The notes under the pieces were generated by a model. The model was not told the origin of the DNA, did no database searches, and was given only the letters and a program-made list of their open reading frames with translations. DNA of 64,000 nucleotides from Hemiscyllium ocellatum (Eukaryota): the NCBI RefSeq assembly GCF_020745735.1, contig NC_083426.1, positions 12,958,001 through 13,022,000 on the forward strand, written 5' to 3'. Positions 1 through 12,195 of the stretch are shown one piece after another; position 1 is the first letter of the stretch; each line of letters begins with the position of its first letter. A program made the translations under genes and the position numbers.

Positions 1-385
1 ACAAACCTTTTGGTCTAACCCGTCCATGCCGACCAGATATCCCAACCCAATCTAGTCCCACCTGCCAGCACCCAGCCCATTTTGCTCCAAATCCTTCCTA
101 TTCATATACCCACCCAGATGCCTCTTAAATGTTGCAATTGTACCAGCCACCACCACTTCCTCTGGCAGCTCATTCCATACACGTACCACCCTCTGCGTGA
201 AAACGTTGCCCCTTAGGTCTCTTTTGTATCTTCCCCTCTCACCCTAAACCTATGTCCTCTAGTTCTGGACCCATCTCCCCCCAACGGCAGGGAATAGACC
301 TTGTCTATTTATTCTATCCATGACCCTCATGATTTTATAAACCTTTATGAGGTCACCTCTCAACCTCCGGCGCCCCAAGGAAAAC
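1..385 (-). mobile_element. CR1/HER1 LINE 3' fragment
   Basis: Reverse complement of the RT C-terminus/3'UTR seen in the longer CR1 copies in this window. Confidence 0.75.
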
Positions 386-1433
386 CTTTCATATCTCTAC
401 TCATTCTCTATCCCAAGCTGAATCATTAAACATGGTAATGAATTAAAAGTCATCTGTCAACCCCATAATCCAGTTTCTATGAGGCTTATTTCTATCCATC
501 CACCTCGTTGTTTAATACACTATTGAGTTTCATATACAGTCATACAGCATAGAAGAGGCCCTTTAGCCTCTGACCTATCTGTACAGACCTATCTACACTA
601 ACCCCATTTCCCAGCTCTAGGCCCGTGACCTTGAATCTTATTACATTTCAAGCACTGAACCATATTCTTCACAAACTTTGAAATGTGGCATGTATCCCCA
701 AGAACAGATCATTTACAAGCATCTAATGAGCAATATCCTCGGGCTCTCCTCTCAGAAACACTGCTGTACCTTCCCTTTGATCTGAAATGGAATTAATACA
801 AGAAAAATCATTTCAGACTCGAAATGTTAACTCTGCTTCTCTCTCCACAGATGCTGCCAGACTGGCTGAATCTCTCCATATTCTCTGTGTTTGTTTCAGA
901 TTTCCAGCAACTGCAGGATTTTGATTTTTATTTAAGAACGTTGGTTGTTCTGTGATTTCTGCCCCATAGCCACTCTCAAATCAATGCAGCTCCTGTGTTG
1001 TCCCCTTAATCCTAGATCTTAAACTTTGCCAACAGGACTGTTATATTAAACAGTAACAAACATCTTCTGGAAGTTTATGCACATAAGAGCAACAGGATAA
1101 CTCTCATCAATTCCCTACATTACTTTATCAAAATTGAATTAAACAATTCAGTTCCTGCATTGGCTGAAGTTGCCATGAATTCCCTGCCTTCTCAGTCTTG
1201 CCCCTTTCCTGAGGATTGGTGACCCTCAGGTTAAACTTGCCCCTAGTCATCTCACTCTAATAGGAGAACAGTCCGCTGGGACTTTGACTGCTTTTAATAT
1301 AAAGCAAAGATTACAAAACACTAATTGATTCTGAACATGAACTTTGCATTCCAAATTATGATATATGAATGACTTGTGGTTTCCCAGACCTATCAAATCT
1401 GTAATGTTGCATGGCTGTCTATTGGCTCATCAG

Positions 1434-1627
1434 AGTCAAAAGATGTGGTGCTGGAAAAGCACAGCCGGTCGGGCAGCGTCCAAGGAGCAGGAGAGTCGAG
1501 GTTTCAAGCAAAAGCTCTTCATTGTCGACTCTCCTGCACCTGAGATTCTGCCTAATTGGCTGTGCTTTTCCAGCACCATGCATTTTAACTCTGATCTCCA
1601 GAATCTGAAATCCTCACTTTCTCCTAA
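1434..1627. mobile_element. Palindromic PLE-derived insertion with 11-bp TSD
   Basis: gctggaaaagcacagcc...ggctgtgcttttccagc inverted arms; TSD tggctcatcag at 1423-1433 and 1628-1638. Confidence 0.8.
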
Positions 1628-2559
1628 TGGCTCATCAGCACCTTCAATGCATCGCAGAGCATTGAGTCAATCAAACAGCAAGACTTCCCTCATCACACTC
1701 CAATGCAACATACCAATGACATGCAACTGATGGAGTGATACCATGCAATAACCCTGCTATGTTTTATTTCAAAGTAGCTCATATTCTTTAAGGATTGCTA
1801 CAGACTAATGCAGGGTAAATACTGTCAGAATATATATTGTTGTATACAAATATGTTTATCTATTGTAAACTATTTTTCTTGCACTGTGGCTGGGAGAAAC
1901 CAGGGCAAGAATTGTAATACTAAGTCCCCAAAGCCTGTGAGTTATAGTTATGGAGCAGGCATTTGCAGTCATGTTGAAAATCGAGAATGTAAAAATCGTT
2001 AAATAAACTCGACAATAACAGAAGTTCTCCCGCTGCTGCTTTTCAAAGGGTGAGATGCAGAGGAGATATGTAATTCTGAAGCAACGACTCCAGAAAGGGT
2101 CCACGTTTATACCCATTGCTGAATAAATGCATTGTTTCACACAGACTTTAATTGCCAGACTCTAAACCAGAGTCGGAAAGTATTTTTACATGTGGGGACA
2201 TATTTAAGATTTTCTTTCATGTGGGTCACCACTATAAAGTGACAAGCAGCAGAGCAAACTAATGAAATCTTCTCTGGCTAGCTTGGTAAAGAAGCAAAAC
2301 TAAAGGGAGGCAGGTGATGCTGTAAGTCCTGATCACCAGGGAAGAGGGAGAGATTCAGACTAGGCTATCGGACACTGGCCTTGCTTTTGCCTCCTGTGAT
2401 ACACATCCTGAGTTGGCCTTGACACATTTGAAAATGAGGGCTGGGGCATGATAATGTTCAGTCTGGAATTTTTCTTCTCTTCCCCAGCTTTGTTTATGGT
2501 CGGAGTGTGAGAAGGAGAGGGAGGTACTGGCTGTGTATCTGGCTCACTCAGTCTCAGGT

Positions 2560-2675
2560 TCACGCACTCTCTGTCACTCAATCTCTCACACCCTCACACA
2601 CACACTCATACTTTTCTCTCACTCTGTCTCAGCCAATTACACACGCACGCACACGCACACGCACACACACACATT
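2560..2675. repeat. CA/CACT-rich microsatellite
   Basis: acacgcacgcacacgcacacgcacacacac etc. Confidence 0.85.
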
Positions 2676-2689
2676 CACCCGTTCAGAGC

Positions 2690-3610
2690 CATAGAGATTT
2701 ACAGCATGGAAACAAGCCCTTCAGCCCAGTTATTCCATACTGTCCAATCTTCACAATTCATTCATTTGCCTGTGTTTGGTCCATATCCCTCCATACCTAT
2801 CCCATCCATGTACCTGTCCAAATGTTTCTTAAATGACGAAATTGTACTCGCCTCCACAACTCCTTGTGGCAGAGTTTAGATTAGAGTGGTGCTGGAAAAG
2901 CACAGCAGGTCAGGCAGCATCTGAGGAGCAGGAAAATCGATGTTTCGGGCAAAAGCCCTTCATCAGGAATGGCCTACTCCTTCTGGCAGTCCATTCTGAC
3001 ACCGTCTGTGTGAAAAAACTGCCCCTCTGGACACTTCTGTGTCTCTCCCCACTCACCTTCAACCTATGCCCTCTAGTTTTAGACTCCCCTTTCATTGGGA
3101 ATAGCTGTTAGCAATCTTCCCTATTATTGCCTCTCATGATTTGACAGGCCTCTATAAGGTCACCCCTCAGTCTCCTTTCCCTCCAGGGAAAGAAGTTCCA
3201 GCCTTTCCAGCCTCTCCTTCAAACTCAAACCTTCCAGCCCAGGTGCCATCACAATAAACCTTTTCTGCGCTCTTTCTAGTTTAATAGTATCCTTTCTACA
3301 TTAGGGCGAGCAGAACTGCATGCAATGCTCCAAATGTGGCCTCCTCAACATCTTGTACAGCTGCAACAAGACACCCCAATCCTAGTCTCAATGCTCTGAC
3401 TAATAAAAGCAAGCATGCTGAGAGCCTTTATCACTCCCCTGTCTACCTGTGACTCTAATCAAGGAGTTATGAACCTGTACCTCTAGATTTTGTTGTTCTA
3501 TAACACATGCAGAGGCCCTATCGTCGACTGTGTAAGTCCTTATCTGGTTTGACCTAAGAAAATTGCATTTATCTAAATTAAATTCCATCTGCAATTCCTC
3601 AGCCTATGGC
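2690..3610 (-). mobile_element. CR1/HER1 LINE 3' fragment interrupted by a PLE-derived piece (2878-2970)
   Basis: Minus-strand WQMEFNLDKC motif and CR1 3'UTR; inserted gctggaaaagcacagcagg...aaaagcccttcatcagg. Confidence 0.75.
2936..2966 (-). ncRNA. Minimal hammerhead ribozyme motif (family A) in PLE repeat
   Basis: Reverse complement reads CUGAUGA-aGGGC uuuu GCCC-GAAA-CAUC-gauuuucc. Confidence 0.7.
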
Positions 3611-3639
3611 CCAGTTGCTCAAGATCTCACCGCATTCCC

Positions 3640-4663
3640 AGATAACCTTCCCTCTCACTATCTTACCCATTCTCTTATTCCCTCACCCACCTAGATATTC
3701 TCTCACATTCCCTCGCACATACACACAAACACAATCGCTTTCTCCACATCACAGAATCACACTATCCCACTCTCTGACACATACACTCTTTCACATACGT
3801 ACACTCACTCATACCCTCTCATATGCACACTCTCTCACACACACATCCTCACATTCACACTCAGTCACAGTGACGTTCACATATTCTCACATTCACGCTC
3901 TCACTCACACATTCGCACTCACACACACTCTCTGACATTCACACTTTCATATTCACATGCTCTTGCATTTATTCACCTACTCACACCCGCTCTCTCACTC
4001 ACTCACACCCGCTCCCTCACTCACTCACACCCGCTCCCTCACTCACTCACACCCACTCCCTCATTCACTCACACCCGTGCTCTCACTCACTCACACCTGT
4101 GCCCTCACTAACACCCACTCCCTCACTCACTCACTCCCACTCCCTCATTCACTCACATCCACTCCCTCACTCACTCACACCCACTCCCTCACTCACTCAC
4201 ACCCACTCACTCACTCACACCCGCTCCCTCACTCACACCCATGCTCTCACTCACTCACACCCACTCCCTCATTCACTCACACCACTCTCTCATTCACTCA
4301 CACCCACTGCTTCACTCACTCACACCCATGCTCTCACTCACTCATACCCAGCACCCTCGCTCACAAACCCGTGCTCTCACTCACTCACGCCCACTCCCTC
4401 ATTCACTCATGCCCACTCCCTCACTCACTCACACCCACTCCCTCACTCACACACCAACGCTCTCACACACTCACACCCACTCCCTCATTCACTCACACCA
4501 CTTCCTCATTCACTCACGCCCACTCCCTCACTCACTCACACCCACGCCCACACTCACGCACACCCACTCCCTCACTCACACACACCCACTCCCTCACTCA
4601 CTCACTCCCACTCCCTCACTCACTCACACCAACTCCCTCCCTCACTCACACACACCCACTCCC
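3640..4663. repeat. ~1-kb complex (CACT/CACTCA/CACCCACTCCCT)n simple-sequence array
   Basis: Low-complexity C/A/T repeats producing His/Thr/Leu/Ser/Pro ORFs in all three + frames. Confidence 0.95.
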
Positions 4664-4689
4664 TGTTCTGTTTTTCAATTCAGGCCTAG

Positions 4690-5290
4690 TGGGACTGTTT
4701 TGCTGTCTCAGCTCCATATATCAGCAGCAACTACAGTGGCTTGCCGGCTGGATCCCAAAGAAATGTTAACCGTTTGGCCAAGGTTTTGTTTTGGGGTTTT
4801 GCTGTGGGCTGACCTAGAGTCCCTCTGTTCAGGATCTGCCCTGAGTGAGGCTGTGCAATTGCCTTTAGTCAATGGTGTCCCCCAAGCTCATTTGGACTGA
4901 CGAGTGTGTCCATTTCCATCGGTATAACCTATACTTCATATCCACCACTTGCTGCATTTTCCAATGATGAAGCCAGTTGTAGTGCCTGTTTGAAGACTTA
5001 GTTGGGTTTCAGCTAGCAGGCGCTTTTGCTCAGTTACAACATCAATCCTGCTATCAAACAATCTCTCAGCATCTCATTAAGGGTTAAACCAAAGTCATAT
5101 GCTTCTGCCAGTCATCTTAACCTCATCAAAAGTACCAACACAGATTCCTGTGGTTCTGAAATTGCTGAGTAAAACCAATAGTGTTTTCAGTGACACGACC
5201 ACGTGCCAACTGGAAAATTCTCAAACCAGCTTCCATTAATCTGCTTTCATGGGCATGAATACCATCGCAAGGAGCTCACGATGCTTAACA
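4690..5290 (-). mobile_element. Gypsy/Ty3 LTR retrotransposon gag remnant
   Basis: Minus translation SEPQESVLVLLMRLR*LAEAYDFGLTLNEMLRDCLIAG resembles the retrotransposon gag motif (GESV..F...L..LA..C.FG..L..MLRD.LV.G); in-frame stop. Confidence 0.65.
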
Positions 5291-5294
5291 GCAG

Positions 5295-5499
5295 GTTAAA
5301 AATCACACAACGCGAGGTTGTAGTCCAACAGGTTTATCTGGAAGCACTAGCTTTCGGAACGCTGCTCCTTCTGAATCACCTAATGAAGGAGCGGTGCTCC
5401 AAAAGCTAGTGCTTCCAAATAAACCTGTTTGACTATAACCTGGTATTGTGTGATTTTTAACTTTGTCCACCCAAGTTCAACATTAGCATCTCCAGATCA
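5295..5499. mobile_element. Palindromic PLE-derived insertion (family C) with degenerate hammerhead
   Basis: Inverted arms 5295-5461; near-perfect 12-bp TSD taacagcaggtt / taacaacaggtt; left arm reads GAAAGCUA on the minus strand. Confidence 0.75.
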
Positions 5500-6175
5500 T
5501 AACAACAGGTTCACATTCCACCCCTGAATAGCTTCCAGCAAAATGTGGTGGTGCCAATTTACCAAGGTGCCAGCTGATCTTAGGAAACGTGCCTGTATCC
5601 ACCTCAGACTGTGAAAACCCTGTTCCAAGTCTCTGCAACAGCTACGAGATCAAGCCCATTGATCACTATTTGTGCCATTAATTTCTGCATCTTATTATGA
5701 ATATTCTGCTCATTTAAACATGCCCTTAACTTGAACGCTTACCATGTTCCCTGACTTGCCCCAATTCACTGATGCAATACAACTGTTAAGCTAATGTGTC
5801 CCTTCCTGTTACGCACTGTCTATCTCGATCTGAATTGATATACAGCTCAAAGACCTTGGCTTTTCTCTAGAATTATAAATCCCACCCCATGACCACTCTC
5901 CCCATTACCTGCCAAGATAAAATCCCAATCTGTCTGCCACCTGTTGCTCAATTTGAGGTAAAATGCAATGAAATACATTGAAAAATTCAGTGCAATCACA
6001 TGGAAACTCTGAATCCTTCAATTCAACCTCTTCGCACCACTCTTCAAATCAGCAAAACTTCAAGCGATCTGAATCTGAATCACGCAGCCCCAGTACCTTA
6101 AAATATATGGTAGTTTCAAGTTGTAGGCCAGAAACTAAAGGAGAATTTCACAGAGCCTGCAAAGTAACCTTCCAG

Positions 6176-6378
6176 TGAAATACTCCACACGGGGCAGTAT
6201 CCCATCACCAAGTCACCCTTTATTTACATGTGAGGAGACCCGGACTTTAGTACGACCTCATTCAGAGTCAGGTGCCAAGGTAATGGTACAGCTGACACTC
6301 ACCGTTTTTTTTATCTGTCAGCCGGGGCTCCCTGATAGGATCAGATTAGCAGGCCCCACTCAGGGAACTCATATTCCA
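6176..6378 (-). mobile_element. LTR of a Gypsy-type element
   Basis: TG...CA termini (tgaaata...tattcca), internal AATAAA on the minus strand; lies upstream of the gag remnant in the same orientation; no TSD seen. Confidence 0.55.
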
Positions 6379-6434
6379 TAAGGTCCAGCTGCCTGACCTC
6401 AAAACAATCACTACAGGCAGGAGCTGCAATTTTG

Positions 6435-7815
6435 CTTTCTATGATGGTGGGGCGAAATTTGGAGATTAAGTCCGAACCATGTTATCGATGGGCCAGGCCT
6501 CATGCCATTCTGTGGCAGGCTTGTACTTTACATGTTAACGATCTAGGTGAAGGAACTGAGGGCATTCTGGCTACGTTTACAGATGATACAAAGATAGGTC
6601 GAGGGACAGGCAGCATTGAGGAGGCGGAGAGGCTGCAAAATGATTTGGACGGGTTCAGAGAGTAGGAAAAGAAGTGGCAGATGGAGTACAACACATGAAA
6701 GTGATAGGTTTAGATTACTTACAGTGTGGAAACAGGCCCTTCAGCCCAACAAGTCCACACCTACCCACCAAAGTGCAACCCACCCAGACCCATTCCTCTA
6801 CATTTACTCCTTCACCTAGCACTATGGGCAATTTAGCATGAACAATTCACCTCACCTGCACATTTTTGGATTGTGTGAGGAAACCGGAGCACCCGGAGGA
6901 AACCCACGCAGACACGGGGAGAATGTGCAAACTCCACACAGTCAGTCGCCTGAGGCGGGAATTGAACCTGGGTCTCTGGCGCTGTGAGGCAGCAGTGCTA
7001 ACCACTGTGCCACCATGCCACCTGTTATGCACCTTGGTAAGAAGTATAGAGGCATGGACTATTTTCTAAATGGGGAGAAAATTCAGAAGTCTGACATACA
7101 AAGAGACTTGGAAGTTTGAGTCCAGGACTCTGTCAAGGTAAACTTGCAGGGTGAATCAGTGGTTAGGAAGGCAAATGCAACGGTAGCATTTATTTTGAAT
7201 ATAAAATAATATTTTATATTCCAAGTATAAGATATACCTTTGAAGCTCTATAAGGCACTGGTCATGCCACATTTGGAGTATTGTGCTCAGTTTTGGGCCC
7301 AATATGTCAGGAAGGTTGGATTGGTCCTGCAGCATGTTCAGAGGAGGGTCACAAGATGGTCCCAGGAATGAAAAGCTTAACATGAGAGGAACGTTTGAGG
7401 ACTCTGGGTTTAATACTTGATGGAGTTTAGAAGGAATGGGGGTGGAGAGGGAAATCTAATCAACACATACAGAATGTGGAATGACCTGAACAAAGTAGAA
7501 TCTGGGAAGATGTTTCTATTGGTAGGAGAGAGTAGGACACGAGGGCACAGCCTTAGAGTAAAGGGAAGACCTTTTAGAACAGAGATAAGGAGAAACATTG
7601 TCAGATAAGGAGAAACATCTTCTGTGGAATTCATTGCTCCAGAAGGCTGTGGAGGTCATTATAGTTAAGACTGTAATAGATAGGTTCTTGAGTATCAAGT
7701 GGATCAAGGGTTACAGGGACAAAGCAGGAGAATGGAGTTGAGAAACTTATCCGCCATGATTAAATGGTGGAGCAGACTTGATGGGCTGAATGGCCTAATT
7801 CTGCTCCTCTGTCTT
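6435..7815 (+). mobile_element. CR1/HER1 LINE RT 3' fragment with nested SINE
   Basis: FTDDTKIG...RLQNDLD; continues after the SINE with HLEYC-like and RTRGHSLRVKGRPF motifs. Confidence 0.85.
6711..7022 (-). mobile_element. HE1-type tRNA-derived SINE
   Basis: Minus strand has pol III A box (tggcacagtggttag), B box (ggttcaattccc) and a CR1-like tail ending gtaagtaatcta. Confidence 0.9.
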
Positions 7816-8639
7816 ATGGTCTTACTTATAACAACTTGCATGCCATGAACATGCATTTTTGTAAGTACGTCTAGCCCTCAAGATCAAGTCAGCAGAGCCC
7901 AAGATGCTCAGCACACTTGGTCTACATAGATTGAAAGGAGCCATGTACAAGTTGCTTCCTACAATTATGTCTGTGGTTCATCAATTTTCCTGATTGAATG
8001 CTGTGGCACACAGGAAGGGTTCAGGAGAACACAGCTTCCATGGAGGTTCGATAATGGCGAGGATACGGGTCGGTGGTGGGGGTGAATGAGACGGACAGTG
8101 TTAAAGGCCATAACAGAGAAGAAAAGGGATCAAAGGGAGGACAGAGGTTGAAGTTAGGATGTGGGATGTTGTATATTCCTTATTTTCTAGAGGGTTGGTG
8201 ATGTATGAACTGCGCTCATTAGACTCTGTAGGACCAACCAGTTGCTTTTGCCAATCAATAAAGCTATCACTATTTGAACCTGCAAATGGTCTTTAATTGC
8301 AGTGAAGTAACACACAGGCCTGTGCCTGGTTCACAGGGAGCTCCTCAAAACCCAACCCTCATGAAACTCTCAAAGCCTTCTGAGGCCCCAGCCCAGCTCG
8401 AACCTGGCTTACAAAGGGTTACTTATAGCGAACATCAGTTAGGCATCCCTGGAGAGCAGCAACAGAGCAATTCAAGGCCATTTTCTAAATAGATACATTA
8501 TTAATTTTGCTGTTGACACATTGAAAATGAATTTTCACTGGCTTGAGCGTTGACTCTGCAGAGCCTACCGCAGAGGGGACCCCGAATAGCTGTGGTCTGC
8601 TGTGTACTGCACAATCCACTGTGCAACAGGGACGTCTTA

Positions 8640-8775
8640 CAGCAGGAGAAAGTGAGGACTGCAGATGGTGGAGAGTCCTGATGAAGGGCTTATGTCCGAA
8701 ACATCGAGTCTCCTGCTCCTTGAATGCTGCCTGACCTGCTGTGCTTTTCCAGTACTATCCTTTTTGACTTCGCAT
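8640..8775 (+). mobile_element. PLE-derived repeat with hammerhead motif (8678-8705)
   Basis: CUGAUGA-aGGGC uuau GUCC-GAAA-CAUC; stem I ggagagtc/gagtctcc pairs at 7 of 8. Confidence 0.7.
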
Positions 8776-9059
8776 CTTACAACAGGGCAAGCAGACAGAG
8801 CTCCACTCCTCCTCAGGTCAGACTGAGTTGTGTGAACTTGAGGAGGAAGCCATGAATTTGAATGAGTCCTAGACAAATGTACTGGACTATCAGGGTCAAC
8901 CTTATATTGGCACGATTTGCCCAAGAGTGAGGCACAACAACAAACACTACCTCTCTAATGCCTCTCTGGGATGTGAACCTATTCAAGCCATTCTATCACA
9001 CACAACCAAAAGTCTTTTACTTCTTCCTAAACTGAGGAGATTCTAAATCTCCTGGTTAA

Positions 9060-9345
9060 TTTTTTAAAAACTTTTTTTTTTGCTATTTTCCCCCAAACTA
9101 CTGCCTAACAGCGGTAGTGCTTATATTTTCTCCAACATCCATGTTGTATGTGTGCAGGTGTGAGACACAGTGAAAGACAACAGGTGTACAAATATTAATT
9201 CATTTCTCACCACCGGGAAGAAAGGAGACCCCAGAGTGGCTAGTAATAAGCAGTGCCCTTCACATCAAAGGGCAATGCTGCGTGATCAAAAAAGTGAAGG
9301 GGAGGGCAGGGACTAAATCAAAATAGAGTTGGAGGGGACCAAAAG
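9060..9345 (-). mobile_element. Unclassified interspersed repeat 3' end (possibly Tx1/L1-like) with terminal hairpin
   Basis: Homologous to 61770-61975 and 62260-62300; T-rich end (poly-A on minus); hairpin ctactgc-ctaaca-gcggtag at 9098-9117. Confidence 0.5.
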
Positions 9346-10510
9346 TGTCTTATTCCTAACACCAAATCATCTGAGGTACTTTTTATCCAATATCCACCAC
9401 CAACAATCACTCATGTTTCCAAATTATATTATCAAATTATGTGCAAAGTCTATTGAGGGCAATGCAATAACACTAAAGCTGAGGAAGTGAGGGGGAGGAT
9501 TAGATCAAAATGAAGTTGGAGGGAGAGTTAAAGCACTCCATCCCTGTGGTACATTAATTGCATAACATTAATTTTTCCTATTCAACCTGTTCAGAAATAC
9601 TATGACTCACCTCTGGAGCAGGTGAGGTATCTTAAACCCAGGTCTCCTGGCTTTGAGGTCGGGACACCATGACATCACCTTTAACCAATTATTTAATATT
9701 GATATTTTCTAGTCAACTGTTCAGAAATGTTATCACATGCCTCTGGGGCAAGTGGGGCTAGATCCAGGGATTTAGTTAATATTAGCTCTGGCACATACAT
9801 TGGTCACTTGTGCCAGCCTCTGTGAGTACAATCAGCTGAGAAAATCTGTAGGCAGGGCATTAGCCAACAGGTAAAGAGAGCTAAATTTGTTTATGTTGGA
9901 ATGCAACTTTATTCAAATTGGACAAAAGTTATTGGATTGCTTTAACTGAAAACTAAATAAATGAAATACTTGAGTTGGAATCCAAGGTCAGTGCAGTGTA
10001 ATGCAGTAACCCAGAAGATGGGAATATTCTGTTCCTGAGAACTGACATTTGGGGTTGTTGAATTTCCTGACTCATCCCTTGCCAGTCCACACAGCCATCT
10101 TGTGTGTTTAATATCCTGGTGTAAAAGAGGCATGATATCCTGACATAATGCATTTGGGATTAAAACATCTTTGTTTATGTTCTTTTCTCATTTTTCTACC
10201 TAAGAACCTGTACTGAAGTATCTGTACCTAGGTAATTTTGTAAGTGTAAGTGGCGACTTGTAAACTTTTCACTGTATTCATGTGAGTACATGTGACAATA
10301 AAGCTAATCCAATTCAAAACAACTTGTCATGATATACCAAGTTTGTCACTGTAAAGCTAATCGGAACAAATGTTTTCAGGACCTTCTTTAATACTATCAG
10401 ATCTTTCCAGGATAACAATCTTTTAAATGTAAAAACCAAACTACTCCAGAATCTGGAAATCAGAAACAAAATCAGAAGTTGTTGGAAAAACTCATCAAGT
10501 CTGTTTAATT

Positions 10511-10539
10511 CTGAAGAAGGGTCATTGACCTGAAACGTT
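10511..10539 (+). ncRNA. Minimal hammerhead ribozyme motif (family B)
   Basis: CUGAAGA-agGGUC auu GACC u-GAAA-CGUU; both catalytic boxes and the C-G next to the cleavage triplet are intact, stem I is weak. Confidence 0.65.
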
Positions 10540-10844
10540 AAGTCTGCTTTCTCTCCACAGATGCGGATGGACATGCTGAGTTTTTCCAGCAATTTCTGAT
10601 TTTTAAATTTAACTCTTGTGGTTTCATGTATTTAGGAGTTGCCAATTGCAACTCTTCACACTGGCTCTGGCCAATGTTTAACGGGGCAAACCTGAGAAGG
10701 TCTGGAGCACGAACATGAACATCAAGAGGAATATCTTGGCCTTTGCTTGGGTAAACTTTAATCTGATCAAGGTCAGAAATAGGGTTTCTGACTCTGATCA
10801 GTAGGTCTGGACTAATGTGTTATACTGTCTATTGGCCCACCCAT

Positions 10845-11530
10845 CTGCATTCCGCAGATACCATTCCCTCTGTGACTCCACGCGCACCCCCCTTCACCAA
10901 CCCACCCTCCACTCCGGGCACCTGCCCTTGCTACTGCGAGAAGTGCAAAAATTGTGCCCATATCTCCCCCTTCACCTCCGTCCAAGGCTCTAAAGGATCC
11001 TTCCCCATCAACAGAGATTTACTTGCACTTCCATACACATCATCCACAGTGGCCATTGTTCTCGATGTGGTCTCCTTTACATTGGGGAGACAGGATGCCA
11101 AATTGGGGAATATTTCAGAGAACATCTCTGGGACACATGCGCTAAACAACCCTATCATCCTGTGGCCGAACACTTTAACTCATCCCCCCAACTCCGCCAA
11201 GGACATGCCTCATCCACCACTAAACTCTAACCACCCAACGCCTAGAGGAAGAAAGCCTCATCTTCCACCTTGGGACCTCCAACCAAAGAGACTTATTGTC
11301 AATTCCACCAGTATCTCCCTACAGCAACCCCCCACCCCACCCCCACCCCTCCCCACACCCACCCACTACCATGTTTCTCTCCTCCTTAGGCCATCCCTAT
11401 TCCAGATGAAGAACGCATGCTCAAAACGTTGACTGTTCTGCTCCTCGGATGCTGCCTGACCGGCTGTGCTTTTCCAGCACCACACTTTTTAATTCTGATT
11501 TCCAGCATCTGCAGTCTTCACTTTCTCCTA
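10845..11530 (+). mobile_element. Penelope-like element 3' fragment encoding GIY-YIG endonuclease remnant plus pseudo-LTR
   Basis: Frameshifted CxxCxxC...CSRCGLLYIGETGCQIGEYFREHLWDT...PVAEHFNS, followed by a degenerate hammerhead and the gatgctgcctgacc...ccagcaccac tail. Confidence 0.85.
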
Positions 11531-12029
11531 ATAGATACATTTGTCTTACAAAAAATATACGCTTAGGCCTTTTCATGATAGATCCACCTTGAGAATCAAG
11601 GACATCCTGGAGTAATAGTGTTGCATAAGGCAAGATTTTGTTGACAGAACCTGCTGAGGGAATCAAAGACATGTTGGTTATCATTTTTCTACACAATCAA
11701 TCACGATTTAGTTGGGACAGAAAGGCTTTTCTTGTACCTATATGCAACAATTGTAAAATGTGTCTTAAAGAACAATGTCCACAATTTAAATGATTTAACG
11801 GCAGTTGTAGAGGTTATATGATTTTACCACAGCTTGCAATAGTCATTCTGTCACTAACAATTAAACAGTTGATCCAATTCTTCCAACAACACTAAGAAGG
11901 AAAACAATTAGTCTTTTATATAGCATCAGAGTGTTGTACCACGAATGTACTGGTACTTATTTATTCAAACTAGACATTTTGTTAAGTCTGAGGGTGTCAT
12001 AACTGAAAACTCTCCTTTCAGTCCTCATA

Positions 12030-12070
12030 TGTGGTAATTCTAAGCTCATGAGTGTTAAAGGGAAGGAAAT
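12030..12070 (+). promoter_or_regulatory. Candidate proximal promoter motifs of gene 1 (RUNX TGTGGT, Ets/PU.1-like GGAAGGAA)
   Basis: TGTGGT at 12030-12035 and aaagGGAAGGAAatga ~90-125 nt upstream of the ATG; short motifs, inference only. Confidence 0.3.
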
Positions 12071-12155
12071 GACTGGTTAGAGAGTTCATTCCAGAAGCAG
12101 GGCCACTGAAGTAAAGATCTGGGTGTGGAACGTGGAGCTGTAAAACATTAAAACA

Positions 12156-12195
12156 ATGAGTTTCACCCTCCTCTTGTCCATTGTTTTCCTATCAG
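12156..12195 (+). CDS. Gene 1 (CD300/pIgR-like inhibitory receptor) exon 1, signal peptide MSFTLLLSIVFLS
   Basis: ATG with A at -3 (aaacaATG), hydrophobic 13-codon leader, canonical donor tcag|GTAAGA, phase 1 matching the V exon. Confidence 0.85.

Noticed and set aside
2489-2524. Short AG/GT-bounded segment that might belong to an upstream gene
   Set aside because: No recognisable peptide or partner exons in 1-12000.
3606-4900. Long His/Thr/Leu-rich ORFs (up to 270 aa)
   Set aside because: Open in all three frames because the CACT-type simple repeat lacks stop codons; no splice or domain support.
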